Under the pieces are notes generated by a model. It searched no databases, was not told the DNA's origin, and saw only the letters and a list, made by a program, of their open reading frames with translations. From assembly GCA_963977445.1 (NCBI GenBank), contig CAXBPH010000079.1, forward strand, positions 1 through 26,835: 26,835 bases of DNA. The letters are read 5' to 3'. Position 1 is the stretch's first letter; every line of letters starts with the position of its first letter. Made by a program: the position numbers and the translations under genes. Below are positions 26,662 to 26,835 of the stretch, piece by piece. Source of the stretch: an uncultured bacterium. GTDB taxonomy: Bacteria > Hydrogenedentota > Hydrogenedentia > Hydrogenedentales > JAEUWI01.

Positions 26662-26835
26662 TAGTCCATCCTCTGGGTTTGTCTCCGTGCCACGCGATCC
26701 GACTACGTCGGTTCGTGTGTGGAGAATGGAGGGCAAGCTTATAGTCCATCCTCTGGGTTTGTCCCCGTGCCACGTGATCCGACAACGTCGGTTCGTGTGT
26801 GGAGAATCGAGGGCAAGCTTATAGTCCATCCTCTG
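26662..26835. repeat. 80-bp tandem repeat (2 full units plus a partial, runs off the window), each carrying a family B hairpin; BIME-like
   Basis: Units start at 26662, 26742 and 26822; the first two are 76/80 identical. Confidence 0.93.

Noticed and set aside
26662..26835. CRISPR array
   Set aside because: Whole 80-bp units are near-identical, so there are no unique spacers, and no cas genes are in the window

Overview
GC-rich bacterial chromosomal window. The Tat-exported sulfatase and oxidoreductases, PVC-style membrane proteins and pilin type suggest a Hydrogenedentota/PVC-like organism, but this is inference only. Housekeeping genes are an AICAR-transformylase-only purH under a ZMP/ZTP (pfl) riboswitch, an archaeal/eukaryote-type proS, rpsU and gpmI. 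Also present are a TrkA-C membrane protein, an orphan sigma54-driven type IV pilin, a hicB-hicA toxin-antitoxin pair (hicA is missing from the ORF track) and a GNAT. A large set of secreted carbohydrate/sulfate-processing proteins includes a HEAT-sialidase fusion, a Tat Gfo/Idh/MocA plus TIM-barrel pair, a PHP hydrolase, a beta-propeller protein, a sulfatase, two large unknown proteins and an exported GalM. The least explained features are non-coding. (1) A dispersed 103-105 bp element has GGGGAC(T/G)GC(A/C)C inverted ends and unrelated, fixed-length cores (5 copies). (2) A GTGC-footed REP-like hairpin family has variable loops (7 copies, in inverted pairs and an 80-bp tandem array). (3) NNNGTCCCA 9-mer arrays occur at three sites. 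(4) A ~350 bp direct duplication copies the last 17 codons and stop of purH and brackets one gene. No transposase, integrase, CRISPR array, tRNA or rRNA was found, so a mechanism for the repeats cannot be established from this window.
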